Both the position numbers and the translations under genes were made by a program. A DNA stretch of 64,000 nt. It comes from Histomonas meleagridis 2922-C6/04-290x. Taxonomy: Eukaryota; Protista; Parabasalia. The DNA lies in contig JAANOX010000098.1 in assembly GCA_020184695.1 (NCBI GenBank), forward strand, positions 283,491 to 347,490, given 5' to 3'. Below are positions 1 to 12,800 of the stretch, one piece after another; position 1 is the stretch's first letter; each line of letters starts with the position of its first letter. The notes below the pieces were generated by a model, which had not been told where the DNA came from, made no database searches, and saw nothing but the letters and a program-made list of their open reading frames with translations.

Positions 1-796
1 GTGCTCGAGCAAAAGTTGTCGTTCCATCGGAATTGCATTGAAAAAGTTGACCGTTATTAGATATGAAACGTTGGAGATCAACAGAACGAAGGGAACAAAA
101 ATAATGATAACCATGAATACACGTGGAAAGTTTACGGGCATCAGTCTCATTTAACGTGGCAGTGAGAGATATAATTTGTGGAGGATGACGCATTGCCATT
201 AATTTCATGAAAAGTGACTCTGCAACAGTACCACGTGAATCATCACCGATCATATGTGCTTCGTCGATAATAACAAGTTTAATTTTATGATCATAACGGT
301 ATTTAATTGAGGAGTTTAGAAGTGAATGTGCTTTCTCATAGGTACATATTGCTATAGAACCACGTGAAAAATCACTACCTCCAATGTTTTGGAAGTATGG
401 TTTTACTTGGTATTGAGGAAAACGTGTTTTGAAGTCGTTATATTTCTCTGATGCAAGTGCAACAAATGGAAGGGCGTATATAGCTTTGGAATATGGTTCA
501 TCTTCAAGAAGCTGTGCAATCGCAACTTCGGCCACGAGAGTCTTGCCACCAGATGTTGGTGCAACTATTACACAATTTTTCTTATTTGACCAATCTTCTG
601 TAGATAAAACATCAACTTGCCAATCACGAAGCTTGGTAATCGGAGGATCGCCATGGATGTAAGAATGTTGAAGAAAATCTGGTATTAATAAATTTCCCAT
701 TTCATCTGTAGTGTCATAATCAATTGGTTCTTGTTTGTTTTGTTCTGTAGTTTCTTTTTTGGTCTTTTTGTTGAGTTTACTTTGTAATTTCTTCAT
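1..796 (-). CDS. Ski2-like SF2 DNA helicase (HELQ/Hel308/POLQ helicase-domain type), 5' part; runs off the window start
   Basis: Not in the ORF track. Manual translation from ATG 796 is open to base 1 and contains APTSGGKT (motif I), ALPFVALASEK (Ia), TYEKA (Ib), IIDEAH (II) and SLTAT (III). The true start may lie a little further upstream. Confidence 0.85.
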   Translation of the reverse strand, partial: MKKLQSKLNKKTKKETTEQNKQEPIDYDTTDEMGNLLIPDFLQHSYIHGDPPITKLRDWQVDVLSTEDWSNKKNCVIVAPTSGGKTLVAEVAIAQLLEDEPYSKAIYALPFVALASEKYNDFKTRFPQYQVKPYFQNIGGSDFSRGSIAICTYEKAHSLLNSSIKYRYDHKIKLVIIDEAHMIGDDSRGTVAESLFMKLMAMRHPPQIISLTATLNETDARKLSTCIHGYHYFCSLRSVDLQRFISNNGQLFQCNSDGTTTFARA

Positions 797-1435
797 GTAA
801 GAGCCAATAACAAATACTTCACTTCTGAAGTGAAGGAAAATCTGTACGTTTAAACCAGAAAAATCATCACCATGATCTAAAAGAAAGTTTTGCTCATGAA
901 CAACATCCAAAGTTTAAAGTGGATTTGAAACAATTCAAGAAACCAAAGAGAAAAGAAAAAAAAAACAATTTTTCCAAAATAATTAAAATAATTTGTCATA
1001 AAATTTATGTAGCAAATCATTACATGTAAAAGGGTTTCCCCAAAGTCATCTTTTTTCATACAGACTTCAAAAAAAAAAAAATATGATATATTTGAATATA
1101 TTTGATTTACTAAAAAGTCTAAATATAAATGTTTTCTAAAACATGCTTAATCATGTTTTTCTTTCCAAGAAAAAATAATCTATAAAGCTTATGAAGATTA
1201 ATACGCATTAATACATTCTACAAATTTTCAATTTTTACGAAAGATATCCTTTACTGTCATGAAGACACCATCGTCAAATATTAAAAACCCCAAAAAATCA
1301 AATAACTTTGGCCAAAGGCCGCAGATCGGTGTTAATGTCTTAACGTTCGCCATTGGTTTTATTACCTTCAACAGAAACAGAACATTTCAAAAACCATCTT
1401 AAAATTCAATTTCGACCTGCTGAAAGTATAACTTT

Positions 1436-2077
1436 TTGATCAAGTACAATCTTCAGCATTCAATTCCAAATCCACTCCATTGGATGGGTAACTTCATGTC
1501 ATTGGTCCAAAGCATCTATAAACAGAGATTTAGCAAACAAAAACCATCGCTTGTACTCGATCTTGATCACATTTTAATCATTAAAACACAATTAAAAACA
1601 AAAAATTCAGATTTTTTTGTAACTGGGAAGAGAAAAACTTACGTTCAAATACGTCCTGAAGCCACTTCATTCCTGAAGAAAATATCCAAATATTATACGG
1701 TTTATTTTTTTACATCGGATGATAAAGATATCTCTCTTAAAATCATTCACAAAATTGCACCTTTTATATCTGACAAACAGTGTTTCTTCAAGGACAGCTG
1801 TCTTTTCGCTAAAGGGTATCCTATAAAAGATTTACGATTGATAGGTAAACCACTTTCAAATATTGTTATGGTTGACACTATCATTGGTTGTGCAATGCTT
1901 CAGCCGTTTAACTGTATAGGAATTGCTTCATGGGATGGTGAAGCCCGAGATGATGTATTAATAAGTGAATTATTACCTCTTCTTATTGATCTTCAAAAGA
2001 ACAGCAACATGCAAGAAGCCATCAAGCAAAAGCCATGTAGCTTTTCTCATAACTTTTTCTACTTCAACTGTTTATAA
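1436..2077 (+). CDS. NLI-interacting factor (FCP1/SCP/Dullard-like) HAD phosphatase domain protein
   Basis: LVLDLDHILI, VQIRPEATSFLKKISKYYTVYFFTS, KDLRLIGKPLSNIVMVD. The listed start is TTG; ATGs at 1484 and 1496 are more likely starts. Confidence 0.75.
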   Translation: MIKYNLQHSIPNPLHWMGNFMSLVQSIYKQRFSKQKPSLVLDLDHILIIKTQLKTKNSDFFVTGKRKTYVQIRPEATSFLKKISKYYTVYFFTSDDKDISLKIIHKIAPFISDKQCFFKDSCLFAKGYPIKDLRLIGKPLSNIVMVDTIIGCAMLQPFNCIGIASWDGEARDDVLISELLPLLIDLQKNSNMQEAIKQKPCSFSHNFFYFNCL

Positions 2078-2088
2078 AATTTTCTGAT

Positions 2089-3615
2089 TTAGTTTTTAAC
2101 TTTCATTTTTTTCAATGGCGATACGTTAATTTCAGATTTTGACTTCTGAATTTTTTTGAGCGGAACGCCCATTTTCAGAATATTGAATAACTCTGTTTGA
2201 ATTCCAATTGATTCACAATCAGTTTTTTGGTTTTTCCTTTTTTCATGATGAATAAGTGAGAAGTCGCGAACTATTACAAGATCATTAAATGGAGAAATTG
2301 TTTGTGTCATTACAGATGAAAAATTTACGTTTGGATTTGGTTTGCTTTCCATCATTCTTCTTGCAAAATAAACAATTTTTCTAGATGCAGCATATGGATT
2401 ATTATTTCCGCTTAAAATAGTCAAGAAAGATAAACCATTTGAGAACAACTCTATTGATTCAGGTTCATGATTTAATAGTTCTTGAAGATTAGAAAATTTT
2501 TGTTGATATTCAGATCCATTCATTAGTTTTATAAGTGCTTTTAAAAGAGGAATTATGTCAGAAACAGTTATAAATAGTTCTGAACGTTCTCCTCTTGATA
2601 TATATTCATAAAGCCTTAACATTTCGGCTTCATCATCAACAGCATTTGTACTTGATGAACGAATTAGTTTTTGTTTCTTGGGAACAGGTTTGAAAGATTT
2701 TTTTCGATATACTTTTGATGTTTGAGGTTGTGCCATTTGACAAGGAGAAGGAATTTGTGGAACATTTAACTTTGGAATAGGTAGTTTTGTTTCGTTAATA
2801 CGAGGAGTAATGCTTAAATTTGTTTGTTGTTCGATTTTAACAAATTTATGTGCAGTTTGTTGAGCAATGTAGAAAATGTCTGCTAAAAAACAAAGTAAAA
2901 GATGAGAAGAAATTGGAAAATGTGTTGGAACAAATGCACCAAAATCTTCTAAAATTGGTTTGATAAGATTCCAATTAGAATTTACTTCTTCAGAAGTAAG
3001 ATTGGTACTCTTAGAAATCGATGTTTTAGGAATACGAGTAGGATAGCAACGAGAAAAAACAGCTGCAATATGAATCCCTTTTGGAATATCTTTTTCAATA
3101 TCTTCTAGATCTGGAATTCCATAAATGCATGGAAACTTAGAAAACCAAATTCTAAAGGCATCTTCTACATCTTTTGGATAACATCTTAAAACAAAAAATG
3201 ATCTGGGAATTCTTCTAATGTTCTGAAGTAGATTTTCTGTTGTGATGGATTTTTCTTCGACTACAAATTCTATAACATAGCAAAGGTTTAAATGAGAAAT
3301 TTGATCTCCGTTGTAAAGTTGAAGTGGTGAACATGGTTCTTGTGGCTTATATCCAATATCATTTAAAATTTTTAAAACATTTTCAAATGTAATAATGGGA
3401 TCATCAAAGTTGAAAACAACTCCCTTAAGCGATGAAGCTATAATACCGTAACATATTCCATTTGAAAATTCTTTTAATGTGATTTCATTTGATAATTGAA
3501 TTCCAGAATAATTTGGTATATTTTTTAAAAATGTTAAACAAAGCATGTTATTTTTGCTTAAAATTCTTTGTGCAATTTCATGAATCCAATTAAAATGTTG
3601 GATGATATCATCCAT
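2089..3615 (-). CDS. hypothetical protein (508 aa)
   Basis: Long intact ORF with ATG start in AT-rich DNA; no family recognised. Confidence 0.7.
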   Translation of the reverse strand: MDDIIQHFNWIHEIAQRILSKNNMLCLTFLKNIPNYSGIQLSNEITLKEFSNGICYGIIASSLKGVVFNFDDPIITFENVLKILNDIGYKPQEPCSPLQLYNGDQISHLNLCYVIEFVVEEKSITTENLLQNIRRIPRSFFVLRCYPKDVEDAFRIWFSKFPCIYGIPDLEDIEKDIPKGIHIAAVFSRCYPTRIPKTSISKSTNLTSEEVNSNWNLIKPILEDFGAFVPTHFPISSHLLLCFLADIFYIAQQTAHKFVKIEQQTNLSITPRINETKLPIPKLNVPQIPSPCQMAQPQTSKVYRKKSFKPVPKKQKLIRSSSTNAVDDEAEMLRLYEYISRGERSELFITVSDIIPLLKALIKLMNGSEYQQKFSNLQELLNHEPESIELFSNGLSFLTILSGNNNPYAASRKIVYFARRMMESKPNPNVNFSSVMTQTISPFNDLVIVRDFSLIHHEKRKNQKTDCESIGIQTELFNILKMGVPLKKIQKSKSEINVSPLKKMKVKN

Positions 3616-4017
3616 TAATTTTCTTTTAACGTATTATTAACGTGCGACAATCGGATTCTGATTTTCTTTTCTAGGTATTGAAGAAAATCTATAAACATAA
3701 CACCACAATGTACTACTACTCAGATTAGTTTTATCTATGTTAAATTAAAACAATGATCATTGTTGATAATTAAAATAATTTATTCAAAAACATTTTTTTC
3801 CCCTGAATATATTAAAGAGTAAACTCGTGAAATTAAAAAAGGAAATTATTTATTATTTAAAAGCGTATTTATTTTGAGCAATTTGTTGTTAAAACCAGAC
3901 AATGTTTGCATTTATTAACAAATTAAATCATCGGTTTTATATTCAAAAACTGAAGTTTGAGAACTTTGGAATCGTGTGGTAAAACGGTTATGTTGTTTTC
4001 TTTCTGGCAATTTTTTG

Positions 4018-6569
4018 ATGAAAAAGATAAAAAAACATATTCATATTCATAAAAAACAAGTGCCAGATCAAAAAGATGTTTATATTTCCGAATTGGTTTC
4101 TCTTGAACAAGTTATTTTTAATCTAGATTCGGAAAATATTAATGAATCAGTACAATCTTTGATTTATTTGGCCAAAATTATCCATATTCAATTTTTAATA
4201 TTACAAGCCAATTAGTATATTCATCATTTGTTTCACAGAAGAAAGATTTTAATATATATTTTATCTTTTTAATAACACTTCAAAACAAATATCAAAATTT
4301 CACTGAATATAATATAATACCCATTTTTACAGAGTACATTGTATCATTAGATACACAAGAATCAAATTATCTCATAGAAAAGTTAGTTGAACAAGGTTTT
4401 GTTAATAAAAATATAATATCACAAAGGAAATCTTTATATTTTATTCAATATCAAAAAACTGAAGAGATTTTAAGAATATTACCACAAACCGAACTTGAAA
4501 AACTTCGAAAAGATAATTGGAAACTTCATTATCAACTTTGTAATAAAGGCGAAAATCCAGATGAAATTGCAAAAATAATTCGAAAAGATGATATTACTAA
4601 ACTTCAAGAAATATCAACAAATTTAAGTTTTAATTATGATCAAATAATTAAGCCATCAGTTTATGAAAGATGTACATACATTAATCAAAAAGATGTATCA
4701 TTAATTGATTATGCAGCATTTTTTGGTGCTATTAATTGTTTCCGTTACTTATTTTTAAATCATGCTAAAATGGATAATGTTGGAAAATATGCTATTGCTG
4801 GTGGGAATCTTGAAATAATTCATATTTGTGAACAAAATCATGTTGTCTTTTATGGATCTTATGAAGCTGCAATTGAATTTCATCAAGTTGAAGTATTTTT
4901 ATATCTTATAGAAAATAAAATTATTAAAACAATTGACATAAAATCTTTAGGGAAACATTGTATTTTACATAATTCGTATGAAATTCTTTCTTATTTATTA
5001 GATAAAGAAGGATTACAAGTTGGTGATAGTATCATTCATGAATTAGCAACAACAGGGAATTTATTTTTAATAAAATGTTTTCCTGATGAATATCAATTTG
5101 CAAGTGATACATTTGTTTCTGCTGGTATTTCTGGTAACATTGAACTTATTGAATATTTTCTTAAAAATAAAAAAGTTGATGTAAATGTAAAAAATATTTT
5201 AAAATTTAATAAGGAATAAATATAAATGATTTTATATTTCACAATAATATTTGGCGACTTTATTCGTTATTTACAACAGCATTAATATATGCATCTAATT
5301 TTGGGCATTATGAATGTGTTAAATTCCTTCTTAAACAAAGAAAAATTAAAATTAATGATAAAGATATTAATTTTGTTTTATTTAAAGCTTCTTTATAAAA
5401 ATTGAAATTTTGTAATAATATTTGGAAATTATTTAAATTATTTAATACGGCACTTATGAGAGCATCTGAAAAAGGACATTTAGAAGTTGTTAAATTACTT
5501 ATTGATAATAAACATATTGACATTAATGCTATAACTATTTATTTGAATAATTTGGTGAGTATATTAATTTAAAAATTTTTCTGATTCAATAAAATATTTG
5601 GAAATTCTTTAAATTTTTTAATGCAGCACTTATTAATGCATGTAGAAATGGTTATATTGAAATAGTTAAATTACTTTTAGAAAAAAAGAATATCAATGTT
5701 AGTATTAAAGATGTTTATTCATTTTGTTTAAAGTCTATTTAGATAATTTAAAAGATTTAAATGGTTAATTTTGAATTTTCCGATTATTTCATGGAGCACT
5801 TGAGGTTGCAGCAGATAATGGTTATACAGATATAGTTAAAATTTTATTGGAAAGAAAAGATGTTCGTCTTAATCCAATTTAATTTATTATTTTCGTGTTT
5901 ATTTCAAAATTTTCTTATAGATAACGAAAGATTTGGTATTTATTCAAATCATTTGATACAGCGCTTTTGCTTGCAACTGAACATGGATATATTGATACTG
6001 TTAAATTCCTTCTTCAACAAAGAAATATTAAAGTAGACGTTCATGGTATTTATTTATATTATATCATAATTATTTTAATATTTTCTCGTATCAAAATAAT
6101 ATTTAATAATTATTTATATTATTTTTTACACCAATAATGAGAGCAGCTGAAAAAGGATATGTAGAAATAGCTAAAATGATTTTAGAAAGAGGAAAAGTTG
6201 ATATTAATGCAAAAAATATTTTTTATTAAAATTTAATATTTATTTTATTATTTTTATATTTCAAAACATTTATTGGAAATTATTGAAATCATTTCAAACA
6301 CCACTAATATTAGCAACTATGAATCAACATCCTGAAATGGTTAAATTACTTCTTGAACAAAAAAATATTAATATACTCATTGCAGATATTTATTAAATGA
6401 AATTGAAATTTACTTTAATTGCTTAAAATATAAAAATTATTTTTGGATTTTATTCAAATAATTTTATTCACCAATAACATTAGCAATTTTGAAAAATAAC
6501 ATAGAAATTATTCGGATTCTTTTACATCACATCGGAGTTGAATATCCTGCTGATGGAAATATTTATTAA
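4018..6569 (+). CDS. DUF3447-type/ankyrin-repeat gene 1, interrupted (one frameshift near 4175; 8 ankyrin modules separated by about 71-nt spacers)
   Basis: Frame open from about 4190 to 5219 gives LIDYAAFFGAINCFRYL and GKYAIAGGNLEIIHICEQ. Upstream, gccaaaattatcc needs one more A to read KNYPYSIFNITSQ (paralog 3 has KNYNYSFDYIISQ). Ankyrin Thr-position codons at 5276, 5447, 5623, 5793, 5958, 6128, 6298, 6468. Confidence 0.6.
5199..6569 (+). repeat. ankyrin module + spacer array 1 (8 units, period about 170 nt)
   Basis: Periods 171, 176, 170, 165, 170, 170, 170. Modules include TALMRASEKGHLEVVKLLIDNKHIDINAITI and TPIMRAAEKGYVEIAKMILERGKVDINAKNI. Confidence 0.9.
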
Positions 6570-6772
6570 TTATATTTCCTGTTTATTTCTATTTTAGAAA
6601 GAACCTATCTCTTTGCCCTTTAAAGTTTACCAAGGATTACGCTTAAAGCTCCGCCCGAATGCTCTCAACAGATTTCGTATCAAATAAAACTTTTCAGAAA
6701 ATTTGAATTTATTCATTTTTGAGAAAAATTAAATAGTTTATTTTCGAGAATTTTTGTATAAACATTTATTCA

Positions 6773-6856
6773 AAATTTCACTTTATATTTCTTTATTATT
6801 AAATATCACTTTATATTTCTTTATTATTAAATTTCACTTTATATTTCTTTATTATT
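6773..6856. repeat. 28-nt tandem repeat x3 in the VPS13 3' flank
   Basis: aaat(t/a)tcactttatatttctttattatt three times, followed by (att)n. Confidence 0.85.
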
Positions 6857-6876
6857 ATTATTATTATTAATATATA

Positions 6877-9800
6877 TCATTCTTTTGTTCCTATTATTTG
6901 CATTTCATGCATTGTCTTAATTTCTTTATAACCTCTTTCAGCGTCACTTAAAGTACCGAATTCGAAACCTATTCTATTATTATTATTCAGCACGAAGACC
7001 ATTGTTTTATTTGTTAAAATGATCTCCTTTATGTTTGACACGTTCAACAACGTTATTCTTTCGATTTTATTATTCTCACAACCGAACAAAAACAATGACA
7101 AGTTCGTTACACATAAACATTTTCCATTAAACTCAAAGAAATCTAACAATATCTCAGTTGGTCTTTCTCTTCTTAACAATATCATGAATTCCAGAGCTCT
7201 TTTTGTTCGATCGAAAGTTTGGATCTTATGTAATGGGTAAGTCCTTGATTCTCTTGGTCTATTTTCGATTGGCTTCACTCCATTATATATCTTAAATATC
7301 GAACTTTTAATAACTGATTTAATTTGGTCGAGAATTTCTTGAATTATTGGGTTTAATACATGTGCCATTAAATAGTTATTACTAATAATTTGATTATCTT
7401 TTTGGATGAAATCAACATTAAATTGTAATGGCGCTGATATCTTTGGTATATATTTAAACCATTTAAACATAACAGGATATAAGTTCGGCCGACTTGAATT
7501 ACCTTCGATGAAAACATTAATTTTAATTTTACTGATGAATAAATTCTTTAAAAATATTTGTGATGAATTATAACCTGTTAACTCATTACTTGGTATAGGC
7601 ATATCGATTTTATCCATTTTTTGATATCTTGGTGTTAATATTAAGAAATAAAATGAGATAATATCAGATAAAAATGATAAATCTGCAATGACATTAATAT
7701 CATTCATACGGAAATATATCGAATTGATTGATGAGAATAAAGATGAATTAGAATCAACTGAAACAAATAATTGTAAAAATGGTAAATTCGAAAATGGATT
7801 ACATATAATTGGTGTTTGTATTGGCGCTTTTGAATGTAAATCATGAATACGCATTGAGTTAATATTAAAATTAATTTTTTGTAGTTCTGGATGTAATTCA
7901 TAACTAAAGTTAATATCATTTAATAAGATTAAACAAAACTCAAGATAATTATAATCAATTAATGAAACTTCGATTTTCGGAATTATAAATTTAAATATTT
8001 TCGAATAATTTTTAGTCTCTTTAGAATTAATAAATTGTAATATTAATTTCATGTCATCACATATTATAATTGATTTAGTTAAATCTTTGTTTATACGATT
8101 AAATACATAAATGTTTTTCTTGTTAACTAAAAAGCCCATTTTAGAATCAACAACTTTTAAGTCGATTTCAAATTCTTGTTTTTCGATTTCGATGATTAAT
8201 TTATTTGTTGAATAAGGTTTCTCGAATCCAAAAATTGAAGTAGTTTCAGGTAATATATTAATTTTAATTGTACTATTCTTAAATTGTTTTGCAATGAAAT
8301 TAGTTTTAAGACAATTCGATATCATTATTTGTTGTGGGAACATTGGATTATTTAATTTAATCATCATTTCATGATTAATTTCTTCGATTATTAATTCGAC
8401 AAATATTAATTGATTATTATTTAATTGTAAGACAAATGTCGAACGAATTTGTTTATTAGCATTTAAAACTATAAAATTCTTCGAATTTTTCATAAACACT
8501 TTAAATGTTAATTTCATTAATGACATAGATATTGGAATAGTTTTATCTTTCACTAATAAAACATTATCACCATATTCAGTATTAGTAATTTCATCAAAAG
8601 GTTTAATGATCAAATCATAATTAGTATTATTTAATACTTTAACTTTAGTATATAAATTAATAATTGTTGAATTAGAAAATGTACCTGCATTAGTAATTTT
8701 ATATTTCAAATGTAAAAATAAAAATTTCCGATTCGCATAAGGGATAAATATATCACCAAAAGTACTTTCTAAACAACTATCAATCGGACTTGAATATATT
8801 TGTTTCTCAGCATTCTTAAGTGTGAAATATGTATCAAGTCGAGATTGTTCATTATTAAAATAAGAATCAGCACCCCAAAACGCTAATAAATGTTTTGGGA
8901 TATCTGCATAATAAGAATCTTGTCGACATATTAAATCGAAGTCAGTATTATTAAATATAATTGTTGGCGGATAAAATGTTATAATTAATTGTCCATTATA
9001 TTTAGTAATTGTAATAGCAATTAATACTTTCGATGAATTACATTGGAAACAATAACGTTGAGGTTTCTCATGTTCTAAACTAATGAAAATGTTTTTTCCT
9101 TCTTTTTCTATATTCGATATTTGTACATTTAATTGTACACGTGTATCTCTAGAGTTAATTAATGAAGCCATATGATCAATGCCTGGCATAATTCGATATG
9201 TTTCATTACCATATTTAATGATTAAATCAAATAATAATCGATTCTTAATAATAGTTAATGGCATTATATTAATCATAAAAATATTTGTATGACGATCATA
9301 TTCGGCATTTAACAAAAGTTTTGTTAATATTTCATTGTTTTTAACAACTATTGATATATTACCTTTTTTAAGATCATTAATTGTAAATTTCGATTCAAAT
9401 GATTTATTATTTGTAGTAATAATTCCAAATGTTTGTGTAAATGATGATGTTATAGGTATAGGTACTATAGTATCAGGTTTAAGTTCTATATAATTAATTT
9501 TATTATTATTAACATGATCAACTAAAAATAAATCGATACTTGATTGATTATATATCTTTATAATTGATGATAATATATAATCTCTTCGATCGATTTTATT
9601 TTGTTGATAAAACATTACTTTATTTGTAGCTATAAATGGATTCGTTGCTTCTTCAGGTCGAATCCAATTAAATAACATTGAATCAGTCGAAATTTTAGTT
9701 CCCATTTTTAATTCTAATTTTTGATCTTTTTTAAGTATAATTTTATTACTTTGATTTTTATCGACTTCTTTGATTAATAACGTTAAATTTGAACCTGTTT

Positions 9801-12800
9801 CATTTATTAAGTTCAAATGTTTTTGTATATTTTGTGGTGGATTAGAGATTTGTCCAATATAATCTATTAACATTTGAATTGTATTAAATGATATATTTAT
9901 ACGTAAAGGATCAGGAATTTTAATTGAAAATATTTTATTTTTAGTTAAATCAATTTCAAGTTGAATATTAAATGGTTCAATTATATAATCATAAAACCCA
10001 TTAATTGGATTTAATACTTCTAATCCATTAATGTTTAATGTATAATTAAATTTTTTATTAATTTTCGTTTCCATTTTCATTATATAATTATTAGTCTTAA
10101 ATAATATTATAGGTTTATAACCACCGAATTGTATAACATTACCATTTAATATAATTGAAATTGGTTTAATATTAATATCAATTGAATAATTATCAATAAT
10201 TTCAACTGCAGCATATTCATCACTTTCAAATGATATTAAATTCTTTAATTTTGTTATATCATTATTAATGAATTGACGAATATAATATATATCAATGATA
10301 GATAATAATAAATTAAGTTGTGAAGATTCAACTATAATGAATTTTTGTTTTGATTCTAATAATGTATTATATTTAAGGTTAAAATTCTTTAATAATTGAT
10401 GTTCATTTATATTTAAAAATGAACAAATGAAATTCAAATTAAACATTGAAGGTTTCGATAAATATAATAATGAAAACTTCGTTTGAATTTTATATTGTGT
10501 TTTAGTAATTGGGAATGTTATTTGACTTGATTTAATATCGATTAACATTTCTGGTTCAATTCCATCATTAACTTCAGGTTTAGGTTTAAAGTATTCATGT
10601 GTAATAAAAGGTGATTCTAATAATGTTGGAACTAATTGATTTAATTCATCATAATCAATGTTTGCATTAAATGAATTAATTACTAATTTTTTATATTTAT
10701 TTTTCATAATGAATTTTATTGATTTTTCTTTTTGTAATGAATTAATTTTCGAATTAATTGAATAACTTCCAATTAATAATTTCATTTTCTCAGATGTATA
10801 ATTAAATATTATATTATTTAATATAATGTTTTCGACATTTAATACTTTACCATTAAATGTTTTAGCATTAAAATTAACAATGATTTCAAGACAATATGGA
10901 CTTATAACATTAGGATCATCTTTAGGTATCATTGATGAAATAACTTGACATAATATTTGTGACATCTTTCGATCATAAATCATTTTAATATCATCAAAAT
11001 TACAATCGATTTTCATTCCACGTAAATATAAATCTTTTTTATCTTTAAATGGCTCAATATATTTTACTTCTTTCTCAAAGCCTTTATTCATTTTCGGTAA
11101 GTTTTCATTAATATCCCAATACATTGGAATACATAAATTATTAAAATCAAATAAATCCCAAATTTTCCCTTTAAATATTGAGATAATATGTTTATGACCA
11201 TCTTCAGATTTAAATTTAAATTGATTTAAGTTAATTGGTAAATATGTTATTACTCGACTTAATAAATTACCTTTAATATTATTTATGGTTACATCATATG
11301 TAAATATTGGCATTGTAATTGGTGCTGAGAAACTATAATTTGTTGGTGTTGAATAAATTATTGATATACTATGAATTACATCCATTAAATAATCATATTG
11401 GAAATCAGTTTCTGCTTCATTAATAGTTACTAAAATATTTGATTTATATAACTCAAATTTAAAATTAGTTGCAAATAAAAATGGATGTAAGAACTTAGGA
11501 TTAATAAGTTTCGTATTTAACATTTCAATTATAATTTTCGTTTCTTTTTCCATTAATATATTAAAATGAAATTCATTAAAGTCAAATATCGTTGTAATCT
11601 TTTCATCATATATTTTACCTGTTAAATCTTTAGAATGAATATTAAATTTAAATGTACTATTTGATTCTTCATTTTTATTGTTATTATTTTCGTCTTTTTG
11701 TTTGTTTTCATTAAGTGTGAAAAAGTCAAGAAGATTTCGTATCTTTTGTGGACTTATTAAAAGTTTTGTTTCAGGTAATATTATATTAATTTCATTTAAA
11801 TTATTAATTCCAATTGTTAATTTACCATTTGGAGAAATTATATTTTCGGAATTACATTCCAAGTTTAAATTGTCAATTAAACATTTTCCATTAGAAATAG
11901 TTTCAAATGTTAAAAATATATTTTTTGTTATTAAATTATAAATATCTTTTTGTTTAGATAACTTTGTGTTTAATGAATATAACTTAAAATCAATATCAAA
12001 GTTTAACTTATTATTATTAATTTCTTTTGTATTATTATTTTGTATTGGTTGTGATTTAGGTAATAAATCAGTGATGTTTTTAATTGTTGTGAAAATGTTT
12101 TTATATTGTTCATGTGTCATGTTAAATATTATATCTTTAATTGAACCATTAACTAAACAATGATTTTCTTTGATTAATTTCATTGTTGCTATAAATTCCG
12201 ATAATTTAAATAATGTTTCCGTTTCAATATAAAACAAAATATTCGAAATGTTATATTTATCATTAACGTTATTCTTTAAAAGAGAAATATTTTCAATAAC
12301 AATTCCATATTTCTCTTTATCTTTAACAGATACGGAAATTTTATTAAGATCTAAAGAAAATGTTAAAACTTTTTCATTATTATTATCATTAACATTCACA
12401 TTTTGTTGTTTTTCTATAATTTCTTTAGATGTTTCATTTTGAATTTGATTATTATTATTATTATTATAATTAAAGAATTTTATCATTGATTTAACCCAAT
12501 CGATATCTAAATCGACAGAAATTTCTTGAATTTTACTATTAAAATCAAATTTATTATCAATAAATGAAACATTAAATTTAGTTTCTGTTTCAAGATTAAA
12601 TATATTACTTTTAATGTCATTATTAGATTTAGTACATAAAATACTTTTCATTAATAATTCCATATTAGTTAAACCATTATTCATATTATTATAAATGATA
12701 TTAAATCCATTTAATTCGAAATCTGTTTGATACTTTAATTCTTCTTCGATTAAATGGAATGAAAATTGTTCGAAATCGGCGTTAATTTCGATATTTGTTT

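Noticed and set aside
429-1059. ORFs 429-662 (+) and 877-1059 (-)
   Set aside because: The first is antisense to the helicase; the second is low-complexity upstream sequence without protein-like features.
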